DNA of 64,000 bases, taken from positions 496,001-560,000 of the forward strand of contig JAUPSS010000012.1 in the NCBI GenBank assembly GCA_040285825.1. The letters are read 5' to 3'. The stretch comes from Eukaryota sp. TZLM1-RC (taxonomy: Eukaryota; Protista; Metamonada: BaSk clade). Both the position numbers and the translations under genes were made by a program. Shown here one piece after another: positions 47,290 through 58,623 of this stretch. Position 1 is the stretch's first letter. Each line of letters opens with the position of its first letter. A model generated the notes under the pieces. That model did no database searches. It was not told the origin of the DNA and worked only from the letters and a program-made list of their open reading frames with translations.

Positions 47290-49326
47290 TCATGTTGACT
47301 TCATTATGACATCAACATCCTCACAAATGGGATATTGAACCCACCAAGGGAAACATGATAACTCTACCAAAAGAGATCGACCCCACACAACAGAGGACTT
47401 GATGACACCATTTTTATTAAATTGATTGGGGCATAGATCAGAACCTATTAAGACAGCAAAATTGTTCTGAATTTCAACAAATTTCAGCAAAGGAAAATAA
47501 AAAGCATTTAAATTGGAAAAAACACCTTCCCGAGTTACTAATTCACGCAATTTTGACAACTTACACCTATTTAAACATTCTTCACTAAAAACTGAAACTT
47601 CAAGTTTTAAAATCGAATCTGGAAGGCCAATACCAGAACACAAAACTTTTTCACAAACTTCACCTGAATAAATTGCCAAATGTTGTAAATCTTCAAGATA
47701 AGAAACATCAAAATTTTGAACAGGACCATGGATCACCAATTTCCTAATGGATTTAGGTAGAAAATACAAACCATTGACAACACAACCAATTTCCAAGAAT
47801 TTCAAGCTATTCAAACCAGAAGAGTCTAGGGAACAAGGAAGAAATTCTGGGCCATTCTTGAAAATTTTCAAGGAAATGACATTTGGAAATAAAGAAAGTA
47901 AATTTAAATCACGAAAAAGATCATCTGTGAGAAGACAAAGACTCAAAATGTTGATGTTGCGATCCATTCCATGATAAAGAGAACTCATCCTTAATTGTAA
48001 TGATTTACATTTATTAATTGAACCAATTTGAGTAGGATTAGTTACTTGTTTAACAAAATCATAACTTTCTAATACTGTTTTAGCAAGAGAATAGAAGTTT
48101 TTGCTTAAAACAAGTTTAGAAAGAAATCTATACAAAAGATAATAATGTCCAATGAAAAAACCTTCAAGATATTCAAGATAATAATGAAAAATAAGTTTGA
48201 TTAGGTTTGGAAATAAAATAGTTTCAGTACTATAATCAATCTGATCATCAAACGATCTAGAACCACAGCAACCATTGATTTCACTGCCAAAGACCTTCAA
48301 TGGACTAGGAAGAATGTTATCAGTGGCTTTTATGATATGAGGTCTATTGGTCATTTGATTAAGTTCATAATGGCCACAGTAAAAAGTGAAATGATTACTC
48401 ACAGCAAAGAAAAACGAATCACCAGCAGCGACAAACTTAACATTATCAAATTCTTTCACCAAATAAACTTCACTTTGATCAATTGGCTCGTAAATTGGGA
48501 AAATACGTTGAAGATCACCAAATAAATAAACTTTACCATCGGTTCCGAGTGCACCATAGAAATCATTTCCAGCTACAATTGATTTGATGCTACTTAAACC
48601 TTGAACTTTGGTTGGAAAAGAAGTTCTTTGCTCAATATCAAACTGCCAAACCAGATGATCTTGGTCGACAATAAACATCTTTGGAAAACAAGTGGCCACA
48701 TTAAGAGGGAGTAGGGGTTTTGGAAGAGAAGAATGACTTAGATTGATGATGTGAATGGTAAAATTGAAAAAATTGGAATCAAATTTAATCAGCTTAAGAC
48801 ATCCAGATTTACCTAAAGCCACAAAGTATTGCCAATCTAATTTGATTGAATAAATGTCAATCAAACCATGAATGAACATTGGAGCATGATTAAGTTTCCA
48901 CATAACAACTGCACCATCAACAGTGAGTCCCAAAGAATAGTAGTTACTGGCATAGACATTGGTGATATCAACGTTGAGAGTGATCTTGGTGAATGGTAAT
49001 ACTTCCATAGAAGATTGATTGATTTGGTGGAACTGGTTACCTCCCCATCCATAAACAGCTCCGTCCTTTGCAACTGCAAGGGAGTGGTTCATTCCAGCTG
49101 ATATTGAGACAATGTTACTGAGAGGAAGTTTGACAGGAATGTGAATAAAATCAGAGTCATCATTAGCAGGTGGACCAGTTAGATGAGGAAAGACTTGATT
49201 GAAGTGATTGTTGCCCCATCCATAGACATCACCTGTGGCTGTGAGAAGAAGTGTATGAGATTGAAATTCCTTGAAAGATGATATAGTGACAATACCACCA
49301 TGGCTTGTGAGCCAAGAAGATTGCAT
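47290..49326 (-). CDS. RCC1-repeat protein with LRR-like C-terminal region (paralog of 41780..43972)
   Basis: GDVYGWGNNHFNQ, ISAGMNHSLA, PLKVFGSEI and LVELSCFPWWVQY. Confidence 0.88.
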   Translation of the reverse strand: MQSSWLTSHGGIVTISSFKEFQSHTLLLTATGDVYGWGNNHFNQVFPHLTGPPANDDSDFIHIPVKLPLSNIVSISAGMNHSLAVAKDGAVYGWGGNQFHQINQSSMEVLPFTKITLNVDITNVYASNYYSLGLTVDGAVVMWKLNHAPMFIHGLIDIYSIKLDWQYFVALGKSGCLKLIKFDSNFFNFTIHIINLSHSSLPKPLLPLNVATCFPKMFIVDQDHLVWQFDIEQRTSFPTKVQGLSSIKSIVAGNDFYGALGTDGKVYLFGDLQRIFPIYEPIDQSEVYLVKEFDNVKFVAAGDSFFFAVSNHFTFYCGHYELNQMTNRPHIIKATDNILPSPLKVFGSEINGCCGSRSFDDQIDYSTETILFPNLIKLIFHYYLEYLEGFFIGHYYLLYRFLSKLVLSKNFYSLAKTVLESYDFVKQVTNPTQIGSINKCKSLQLRMSSLYHGMDRNINILSLCLLTDDLFRDLNLLSLFPNVISLKIFKNGPEFLPCSLDSSGLNSLKFLEIGCVVNGLYFLPKSIRKLVIHGPVQNFDVSYLEDLQHLAIYSGEVCEKVLCSGIGLPDSILKLEVSVFSEECLNRCKLSKLRELVTREGVFSNLNAFYFPLLKFVEIQNNFAVLIGSDLCPNQFNKNGVIKSSVVWGRSLLVELSCFPWWVQYPICEDVDVIMKST

Positions 49327-49409
49327 TTGATGAGTGATTTGATTGCTTAAATTGAAATTAATATCAACATGCGATCAGTAGCTAAAGTTTCCCTTCACAT
49401 GTTGTACAA

Positions 49410-49570
49410 GAAACAATTATTTATTAGGTCAGTTCTTCATAATGCCGTTCGTGATGTGACATATGAGATTTTTAAGTGTTACAATTTTAGTTTTAAAGTA
49501 GAACCGTTGTTGAAGCATTATAGCGATAATAATCTGTTTAATTCGCGTCGAGGTGATTTAATTGCTTTCT
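49410..49570 (+). mobile_element. tiny non-LTR fragment (HxxVRD...EP...RGD region)
   Basis: KQLFIRSVLHNAVRD...VEPLL...RRGDLI. Confidence 0.7.
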
Positions 49571-49593
49571 GAAATTTGCACATTCTCCAATCA

Positions 49594-50424
49594 ATGTTCT
49601 CCACAACCAAAGTCAAGGATCTACACATAAACTACAGGTTCTATGGTGCAGACAATGACCCTCTTTGTATCATCATACATGGTATCACCTCTTGTTCATC
49701 CACAATGATTCCAATTGCTGAACATCTCTCTTCTCAAGGACTAAGAGTGCTCATCTTTGATCTCATAGGGCATGGTGCTTCTACCGCAACTTCCACTCCC
49801 ATCACCACTTCCTACTTTCTCTCCTTCTTCTCTTCCTTCCTTACCAGTCTCAACTTAGACACAACCCCCTTCCACCTCATCGGTCACTCTATGGGTGGTT
49901 GTCTGGCCGTCTGTGTTGCTACTTCGTCCACGCACAACATTCTTTCTCTTTTTCTCATGGCTCCGTTCATCAAACCAGATAACGAACCCTTCTCTGCCAA
50001 ACTTATCCGTCTACCCCTCATCAATAAGGCTTTAATTAAGCTCATTGGAGAGCGCAAACTCATTCAACACTTGGCTGAGACCAACTCCGATCCCGAAATT
50101 GTCCAGATATTACGCAAATCCCTGTCTGAATTGTTCTCATCTAGGCCTGAATATTTGTCAGTCACGTTTACCAATTATTTCCGAAACATTTTGTCCCTTG
50201 ATTATTCTCCCTTGTATTCACAATGCGAAGATTTAAATATTCCAGTTGGGTACTTGTGGGGTGATAACGACTTGGTTATACCGGCTAGCTCAAAGGATTT
50301 AGCTTTAGAATGCCTTGGTGGTGGAGCTGAGGTCTTTATACTATCTGGAAATGGACATGAGTTGCAGATTGAATGTAGTGAGGTGGTAGGTAGCAAAGTG
50401 ATTGAATTTATAAGGGGTATCTGA
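49594..50424 (+). CDS. alpha/beta hydrolase fold protein
   Basis: IIHG, FDLIGHGAS, nucleophile elbow GHSMGG, WGDND and NGHE. Confidence 0.9.
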   Translation: MFSTTKVKDLHINYRFYGADNDPLCIIIHGITSCSSTMIPIAEHLSSQGLRVLIFDLIGHGASTATSTPITTSYFLSFFSSFLTSLNLDTTPFHLIGHSMGGCLAVCVATSSTHNILSLFLMAPFIKPDNEPFSAKLIRLPLINKALIKLIGERKLIQHLAETNSDPEIVQILRKSLSELFSSRPEYLSVTFTNYFRNILSLDYSPLYSQCEDLNIPVGYLWGDNDLVIPASSKDLALECLGGGAEVFILSGNGHELQIECSEVVGSKVIEFIRGI

Positions 50425-52126
50425 AATTAGTTCTCATTCTAATTATACTTTTAGTTGTAAATGTTTTTTTCTTTTTTTAGTTGATCTTGTAAATATCTTT
50501 ATTTTGTCCTTTATGGAGTTGATAGTTTTCATGGTTTTTAGAACCATTTCATTGGTTTTGTGAATCCCTTTCTTTCAATGTTATAAATTGATTTTTGATA
50601 TCTTTACATTGTGTTTTGTTTATATCAACTAACAGAATGTGTTTACGATGGGGAGTACAATGTGGCACTTTTTGACAACAAAGCCACCCTTCTTGTGTTA
50701 AGAAAATATCTCTGAATTCAATCAACAAACCCCTCGACTGACTGCCAACTGCAATCAAATGCCATTAGTAATCAATTTTATGCACATTTCTGTCTTAGAA
50801 CACCCAACAACAGATGAAATGACCAACCTGTAAGTAAGGAAGCTATTTGTTTCTACTAGTAACCAAATGATGGAGATAGTGTTCAATGATTGACTATTTT
50901 CTGATTGACGAGGACTCACTTAATGAAGTATAATCAGAACATTGTCCTTTCAATCAGAAAGCATATCACAACGTTACCACGAAAAACTAAAAGAAACAAC
51001 GTACTTTGGCACAAATTTTCCATGTTTGGAGCAAAGACGTTTCACAATTTCAGTGAATGGCAATTTTTGTCGGTTTCATTTCAGAAAACGTCTACAGATT
51101 TTATAGACAAACCATTGTTAGAGTAGGTTGCTCCCACCTCCCATTTCAAATGTTCAGTTCTTCTTCTCGGTCTCTGCTGACCTTAATTTTGGAAAAACCT
51201 CTCTACAACAGGTTTAGCTTCACAATAGTCTCAACCAATCATAAAAATTGATCATTAATGTTGTTAATAAAAATCAAATATATTAAAGACAAAAAGATTC
51301 ATCACTATTGTTGGCTTATGTGCACGTTGGTTTTCCATTAACTAAAATAACAGACGTCTAAGGAACAGAATTAAGAAAATCAAAATAAGAAAACAAACAA
51401 TGAAATTAAACTAATGATGACGTGATGTCACGTCAACTTTCTAAATCGGGATAATTACGTTTAGCCTAAGCTAACACTATTGTCAATTTTTGCATTACCG
51501 AGAAGAATTTCATCTTTGAAATGCAGATGGGTTATGCTACACGATGGAGAACATAACATTATCTCACGTTTATCCTCTTTAATATCCAATAATTTATAAG
51601 AAAGTATGAATCTCTTGGGCAAGATGTCTGAGAAGCTGATAATAAAATGTTGAAAATTTCTCAATTCTTGCCAATATCTGAGATTCTACTGTATTTCATG
51701 CCGATCCTTTGTGCAACAATGGTAAGACACAGCACTAGAATTCGTGAGTCAATCATGCCCTTTCTTGGTGATACAAGGTATAATGAATTTTAGATGAAAT
51801 AGATGGAGAAATGCTGTTACAAGTATTGCAATGTGTAAAATTTCTTGCACATGACTGACAAACTGTATGATGCAGATAAGCAATAATTGACATGCAGTCG
51901 ATCCATCAGTTTCTCTACAAACAATGAAGTTCATTCTTGGCTTGATTGTTTTTAATGGAATTTCGAGTTTTTTCAATCGACTAAAAACGGAGTTAAAATT
52001 CTATATCTTCAGATTCCAAATCAGCCAAAAAATGACTAGAGAGATACGATTGTTTTGAAGTAATTGCAATAGAAAAAAGAAACATCATTGAAAACACAAT
52101 ATATTATTAACAACATATATACAGAA

Positions 52127-52639
52127 TTAGATTGGTCTACAAGGATCCATGTTGCCACAAGCAGAACAACCACCTCTTGAATGCCAGCCTTGTGGGAAGT
52201 AATTCAAAGTATAGTCACCAAGGAAAAAACTGGCTTTAGTCTGAGCCCAACGAGAGCACTGTGCATAAGATCCAGAATATCCTAATCCACATTCATTTGG
52301 ACAAACGCAACGCTCAATCGGAAAGACACGACGGGAATTTGCATCAATGATGGGAAGAACGGAATCATCTGGAGAGTCCTCATAAAGTGATTCAGGAGAA
52401 CTATCAACAGAATTGATACTTGAGGCACAGAGGGAACATCCTCCCGTGCTGAAAGTACTAGAGGGAAAATAGCTACAACGAGCATCATTGGAAGCAGCTA
52501 ATCTATTGGCGGTATTTTGACACCAACAGAAGCATTCACTCTGAGAGCGGTGGTATCCACCACCACAAACTGTTGGACAAATACAACCAGCAGAAGCTGC
52601 AGTAATAAAGAGAACAGCGAGAAAAAGGATTGGATGCAT
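52127..52639 (-). CDS. secreted cysteine-rich two-domain protein (paralog A)
   Basis: Signal peptide MHPILFLAVLFITAASA. Two CxCxxxCGxGY...C...FP...GGCxxC repeats separated by an acidic linker. Confidence 0.8.
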   Translation of the reverse strand: MHPILFLAVLFITAASAGCICPTVCGGGYHRSQSECFCWCQNTANRLAASNDARCSYFPSSTFSTGGCSLCASSINSVDSSPESLYEDSPDDSVLPIIDANSRRVFPIERCVCPNECGLGYSGSYAQCSRWAQTKASFFLGDYTLNYFPQGWHSRGGCSACGNMDPCRPI

Positions 52640-52704
52640 GAAAAGAAAAGTGAAAGAATGGATGTGGAAGACACTCAATCAACAAGGCTATTATCCTAGT
52701 CAAA

Positions 52705-53214
52705 ATGCAACTTCCATTCGTCATCTTGCTGCTTGCAGCACTTGTTTCTGCAGGATGTAATTGTCCAGGTAGGTGTGGTAATGGTTATCGAGGTACACAA
52801 GCCCAGTGTTACTGTTATTGCTCAGAGCAAGCAACCAAGCTCCAGCTTCCCTCTGATGCTACATGTTCATTCTTTCCCTATATCGTTGGACGATCCACTG
52901 GTGGATGTAGCCTTTGCTCTAGTGCCATCATGAGCACTGAGGAGGATCTTCGCGATAACCATGTTGCACAACCTGCAACCAGTATTGTTACATCAAATAG
53001 AGAGATTGTCTTCCCTCTTCCCTTTTCCAAATGTTATGTTCACAACTGTGGAGCTTTCATTGGTACTAAAGGAAGGTGCTTCAACTGGGCTAAGGAGTAT
53101 GGTCAGCAGTTCCTAAACCAGGATTATAGAATCAGTTTCATGCCCCATACCACACGATCCAAAGGCATTTGTACTGTTTCTGGTCATGTCCATCCTTGTA
53201 ATCCTCCTAGTTAA
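52705..53214 (+). CDS. secreted cysteine-rich two-domain protein (paralog B)
   Basis: Signal peptide MQLPFVILLLAALVSA. Same Cys framework as 52127..52639. Confidence 0.82.
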   Translation: MQLPFVILLLAALVSAGCNCPGRCGNGYRGTQAQCYCYCSEQATKLQLPSDATCSFFPYIVGRSTGGCSLCSSAIMSTEEDLRDNHVAQPATSIVTSNREIVFPLPFSKCYVHNCGAFIGTKGRCFNWAKEYGQQFLNQDYRISFMPHTTRSKGICTVSGHVHPCNPPS

Positions 53215-53933
53215 ATTAGTTTCTGTCGTTTCAGAACTATCTTGCTTGAAATTGTTTATAAATTATTGTGTTTATTCATTTAGTATATATATAATTGGAC
53301 ATAATGGCACTACACCTTCAATTAATAGTATAACATTCTTTTTCACTTTGAGTATTGAAAAAAAGTTCAATATAAACTGAATCTTATTCCATATATACAT
53401 AATCAATTCTCGTGAATAATCACAAATACTAACTACTGCACAGATATGGAGGTCGCTCGTAACCACTCATACTGGCTTCAGCAATTGTGAAAATAATCAG
53501 ACAAACCAGCTCATTTCTATTGAAAAGCGTTGGTGAACCATTGTGACTGAATTTACAACTCTCACTATCACAATCTGTTAAACCATGACAGGTAGTAAGT
53601 AGAAACTTCTCTCTTATCAAATGTGGGATTTGCTACTCTCAAAAACGTATCAACCTTTCAAAACAAACAGAACATTTTGCAGACATTGAAACCATCCAAT
53701 TGTTTGAGTAGGTCGTTGATGTTTCAAAATTTTAATGGCGTTGAAATTGTGAGTATACAATACTTTTGTTATTTGCTCTTCTATTTATCAAACAAATTTT
53801 GATGTAGTATCCAATTCAAATCTTTGGTGGATAGTTGGTTTTCTTTACGTTATCAACATTGTGCCAAATCCCAATGTTGAATTTTGTTTTTGTTGCCATT
53901 TACACACCCATTTACTCATCTACTGTGCAGACT

Positions 53934-54575
53934 CTGTATACATTGGGTAACACAGTTCAGCATTGTCGTTCACATTGTTTTAACATGGGCCTCCTTGTAT
54001 CATCATACATGTAATTGGTCGTTTTCATCTTTAATTTTTTCTGATCGCTGAACAGGATACTGAACAGTGTAAGGGATTAAGAATGCTCTTCATTAATTGG
54101 GATATCTTCTTTGTCCTTTTGCTTTTTCCTTATTTGGAACTTTGAATAAAATTGTCTTATCTTTTTTGGACGAATTTTCATCTATTGTCAAAAACAGAAT
54201 CGGAAGATTATTTGGTTGAACTCTTTGGCCAAACAGAATTGTATTTTCTATTTTCTGTATACATTGGGTAACACAGTTCAGCATTGTCTTTCACATTGTT
54301 TTAACATGGGCCTCCTTGTATCATCATACATGTAATTGGTCGTTTTCATCTTTAATTTTTTCTGATCGCTGAACAGGATACTGAACAGTGTAAGGGATTA
54401 AGAATGCTCTTCATTAATTGGGATATCTTCTTTGTCCTTTTGCTTTTTCCTTATTTGGAACTTTGAATAAAATTGTCTTATCTTTTTTGGACGAATTTTC
54501 ATCTATTGTCAAAAACAGAATCGGAAGATTATTTGGTTGAACTCTTTGGCCAAACAGAATTGTATTTTCTATTTT
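53934..54575. repeat. near-perfect tandem duplication, 2 x 321 bp
   Basis: Units 53934-54254 and 54255-54575. One substitution noticed (tgtcgttcac vs tgtctttcac). The unit end includes a non-LTR 3' fragment (WPNRIVFSIF) that continues to ~54700. Confidence 0.92.
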
Positions 54576-55149
54576 TAAAGGAATGCATAGCTTTGTTCCT
54601 AGCTCGTTGTTATTACTAGGAGATTTTATGAAGAAAATGTTCTAGGTAAATTTTCAGTTATAGTTGAGGAGTTTGAGGAAATAGACTCTTAGTAAAAGTG
54701 GTTTAACTGTAGCAGTTAAACAGCCAAAATAACCTCATTTATGACAGAATTTCAATTTATTTTTGGAAAAATAAAAATAAAATTGTAACTCTGCTGGTTC
54801 CTACTGATGAAACCTGCTATTGGATGTTCAAAGGAGCATCATTACTGCAAAATTTTCGAATGAAATCATACGGTTAAAGATTCAGAAAAAAATCTTTGTT
54901 AAATAACATGGTTCAGAATTCAGCAGCTTACGAACTGTTAATTGATAGGTTTGCAGCATCCAGAAAAATATAAAAATTATAAATATAATAATAATAAAAT
55001 AAAAATACATAAAATTGTTCAATGTTGCTGATACTTGGGAATTTACACCAAAATAACCACTCAACATAAACTTACCACAAGGAAGTCATCGTTCAATTAA
55101 TTCCCTTAAATTTATGCTCAGCTATATTGTGAATTGTTTTTTGAAGTAA

Positions 55150-55808
55150 ATTTTATTTATTCCAATAAAAAACAAACTATTCGATCAACGTTTAAATTCT
55201 ACATTATCATAACCCAAATCAGCCAAAAAGAATTGACTGGAAGTTTTTCTTTCATAAACGCGTCCAGGAGATAATAAAGCTGAAAATAATAAGGGAACAA
55301 CACCATTGAAAACTGAAAATACAATTCTGTTTTGCCAAAAACCCTTGTCAAAAACTCTTCCAGTACGTTGTTGCACAATTTCAACAAAATCATCCAGAAA
55401 AGACAAAGCAAGAGGTCCAAGCGTGCCATGAAGGAAAACGTCAAATGGACAAAGGACATAATGAGTATGCGATTCTACATTCACGGATAACAATTTTGTT
55501 TTGTATATGTCAATTTTGGCTTTTTCGGAAACAGTTAAGGGGTTCCTATATTTTGATTGAGCCATTGGAATAAAAGAATCATTACATACATCAGTGGATC
55601 TCACATCTGTAATAATGGTAGTACCTTCAAGACCTTCAAGCATTAAATCACCTCTATTCAGACCAAACGAAGTCAAAGTATCTTCATCAACCAAACGGAA
55701 AAGTAATGGTTCTAAATAGGAAACAATCGTATGTAATTTTGACATACAATAGAGTTGATCATGAACTTTTGAACGGAAAGTAATTAAATGTTTACAATTG
55801 AATAAATT
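55150..55808 (-). mobile_element. 5'-truncated non-LTR retrotransposon (RLE end)
   Basis: FNCKHLITFRSKVHD...LEP...NRGDLM...ITDVRSTD...FWQNRIVF. Confidence 0.88.
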
Positions 55809-55809
55809 T

Positions 55810-56225
55810 CTTTGGTTCACAGAAGAAAACTTAATCCTGTGGCTGCTCTGGATTTTAATGCAAAAGAGAAACATAGAAAATATGATAAAGATATTGAAGA
55901 GGCTTATGTCGATAGAAATACACAGCTGGTTTTTATTGCTTTCCTATTTTCGATAAATGGAAGATTATCAGTTGAAGCAGAAACTTTTTTGGATGACTTC
56001 CAAAAAATGGTGCAAGAAAAAACAATGAAAAGATTTGATATTTTTTTATGGCGTTCACGGATTCAATTTGCCATTATGAATAGATTACCGCGGTTTTTCA
56101 ATCGAATTAGAGAAGCTTTAGCTAGACAGCAAGCAAATCAAGATTTTGTAGAGGAAATCTTGGTTCAATGATAGTCGTCCCATTAGTTATGAGTTATTTT
56201 AATTAAGTGTGCAAATTCAATAAAT
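55810..56225 (+). mobile_element. 5'-truncated non-LTR retrotransposon 3' end (same young subfamily as 22303..23335)
   Basis: LVHRRKLNPVAALDF...QDFVEEILV. Tail AATTCAATAAAT. Confidence 0.9.
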
Positions 56226-56787
56226 ATTGTTGAATAAATGATTTGGAGAAATTTTTGATCCACATTTACAAATCAAATTATGAGGCACGTTATCAGGCCA
56301 AAATCAACAACGAAGGCGCATTGTACAAGAAAATTCGGAATCATTCAAAAGAAGACCATAAATTTGAGGAATCTGAATAATTTTTTTGGCCGAGCCAAGC
56401 CGAAAATTAAAATACAAGCCCAAAAAATATATTATAAGCCTAAATTGTTAATTGTTGCCGTAATTGTTGGGGTACGTTGTGGAGCAGACTAGGTAAACAG
56501 TCTGACAAAGTTGATCGACATCGTCAGAATTGAACATCCAACATGTGCTTAGTACGGCGACATTTACATAAATTTCAGCTCTTTGTTGATTGAAACGATG
56601 ATTGTTACAAACCAATTGCCATGTTAATGAGAATGGCAATATCAGCCGCAGTTTTGAGTGAATCAACATGTATACTTTGTATTAAAAAATAAAAATCAAA
56701 TCCAACTGCAACATTTACATTTGAGAAAACAATTGAACAAAAATGAATAAAGACCAAAGAGTTAAACAATACTAGAAACAAAAACAC

Positions 56788-58095
56788 CTATTGTTTGGGT
56801 GATAGGTGATTGACACCGGGAAGGTCTTCTCCAGACAAAAGACTAAGACTAGCGCCACCACCAGTACTCATATGGCTCACCTTATCAGCAAATCCAAACT
56901 TTTCAGTAGCAGAAGCAGTATCACCACCACCAATGACAGAGTAGGCTCCTTGTTCAGTGGCACCGGCAACAGCTTCAACTAGGCTAGTGGTTCCTTGGGC
57001 AAAGGTTGGGAATTCAAAAACTCCAGCTGGACCATTGAAAACAATGGACTTACATTCCATAACTTGTTCCTTGAACAATTCCCTGGTTTCAGGTCCGATA
57101 TCGAGTCCTTCCCATCCTTGGGGAATACCTTCTGATGCCTTGACAACTTTGGTGTTGGCGTCATTGGAGAAATCATCAGCAATTACGAAATCAACAGGAA
57201 GAAGGATTTCTACACCAAGTTGCTTGGCCTTGTCCATGATTTCAGGTACAATTTTGGCACCTTCAGCATCATAAAGACTTTGTCCAATTTCCATATTGTT
57301 TAAAACCTTCAAGAAAGTGTAAGCCATTCCTCCAGCAACGATCATCTTGTTGACCTTTTCCAACAAATTCATGATTAATTGAATTTTGTCTGCCACTTTA
57401 GCACCTCCCATACTGAGATTAAATCATTAATAACCACATACATAGCCATGAATGGTCTTTCGGGATTGATTAAAACACGAGCGAAAGAATCCAATTCTTT
57501 CTTAAGGAGGAAACCAGCAGCACGAGTTTCAAAAGGAAGAACCATCGAACTATGAGCTCTGTGAGCAGTTCCAAAAGCATCATTAACATAAACATCTGCA
57601 AGACGGGTCAAAGAAGCACGGAATGATTCAACAGCGGCAGGGTCGGCCTTCTCCTTTTTTCCATCAACCTTGCGTGAACCTTCTTCTTCGATGTGGAAAC
57701 GGAGGTTTTCGAGTAAGAAGACGGTACCAGGGGCAGGATTGGCACATTTTTGTTCAACATCAGAGCCAACACAATCGGTGAGGAATTCCACTGGTTGACC
57801 AAGGAGCTTTTCAAACTCAGCGGCTACTGGTCTGAGAGAATACTTTTCAGTTCTTTCACCATTAGGTCTGCCGAGCTAGGGTGAATCGGTGAGAAGTACT
57901 TACATGTGATGCACAGACAACAGATTTGGCACCATTATCGAGAAGATGACGAATAGTTGGGAGAGCAGCGACGATTCTACTGTTGCTTGTAACAGCACCA
58001 GTCTTTTTGTCTTGAGGAACATTGAAGTCAACGCGTACAAAGACGCGCTTGTCGTTTACATCGATGTCTTCGATTGAGAGGCGAGGAACGTCCAT
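56788..58095 (-). CDS. PGK: phosphoglycerate kinase, 3 exons; introns 57876..57903 and 57413..57441
   Basis: RVDFNVP, SH|[38 protein letters not shown] and STGGGASL. Spliced CDS is 1251 nt. Confidence 0.97.
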
Positions 58096-58549
58096 TTTTG
58101 AAAAGTAAAGAAATTCTTGATTATTCAAGAAATTGTGTAAATTGACCATTTGATTGAAAGTTCAAAATAAAATGATTCTTAACAAGCATTAGATCATGTG
58201 TTGAGAATCTACAGAGATAACGGCTGTGAATTACGATTATTGCCCCAAAGATATAATTTTTAAGACTCAAAAACAGTCAAATTTTTGCACATTACGAAGA
58301 GATTGGTGTTGTACGGTTTGATGGTGTGTGAGCTTGTTTTGAAGATATTGACCACTAGATTGCACATTTGTAAAATCAAATAATGAGTAAATATTATTTA
58401 GTAAACATGAATGGTCTCATTTACAGACTTGGTTCCCATCTACAACTCCATTCAACAGCAATCAACTTCCGGTTCCGAAGTGCAGCCTCAGCCTGTTGAT
58501 CATTTGTCAATTAAATTAAAGATCATTTGTCAGAATTAAAGTGAAAAAT

Positions 58550-58623
58550 TGCTCCCTACAGGGATCGAACCTGTGACCTTCGCGTTATTAGCACGACGCT
58601 CTAACCAACTGAGCTAAGAGAGC
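58550..58623 (-). tRNA. tRNA-Ile (anticodon AAT)
   Basis: GCTCTCTTAGCTCAGTTGGTTAGAGCGTCGTGCT-AAT-AACGCGAAGGTCACAGGTTCGATCCCTGTAGGGAGCA folds as a cloverleaf. A T5 Pol III terminator follows. Confidence 0.95.

Noticed and set aside
51700-51960. RING-like remnant on the minus strand (HTVCQSC...HCNTC)
   Set aside because: Too fragmentary across frames to define a gene.
55185-55874. 229-aa ORF as a real gene overlapping ORF 55812..56171
   Set aside because: Its N-terminus is the antisense of the neighbouring retro fragment, so it is a junction artefact.
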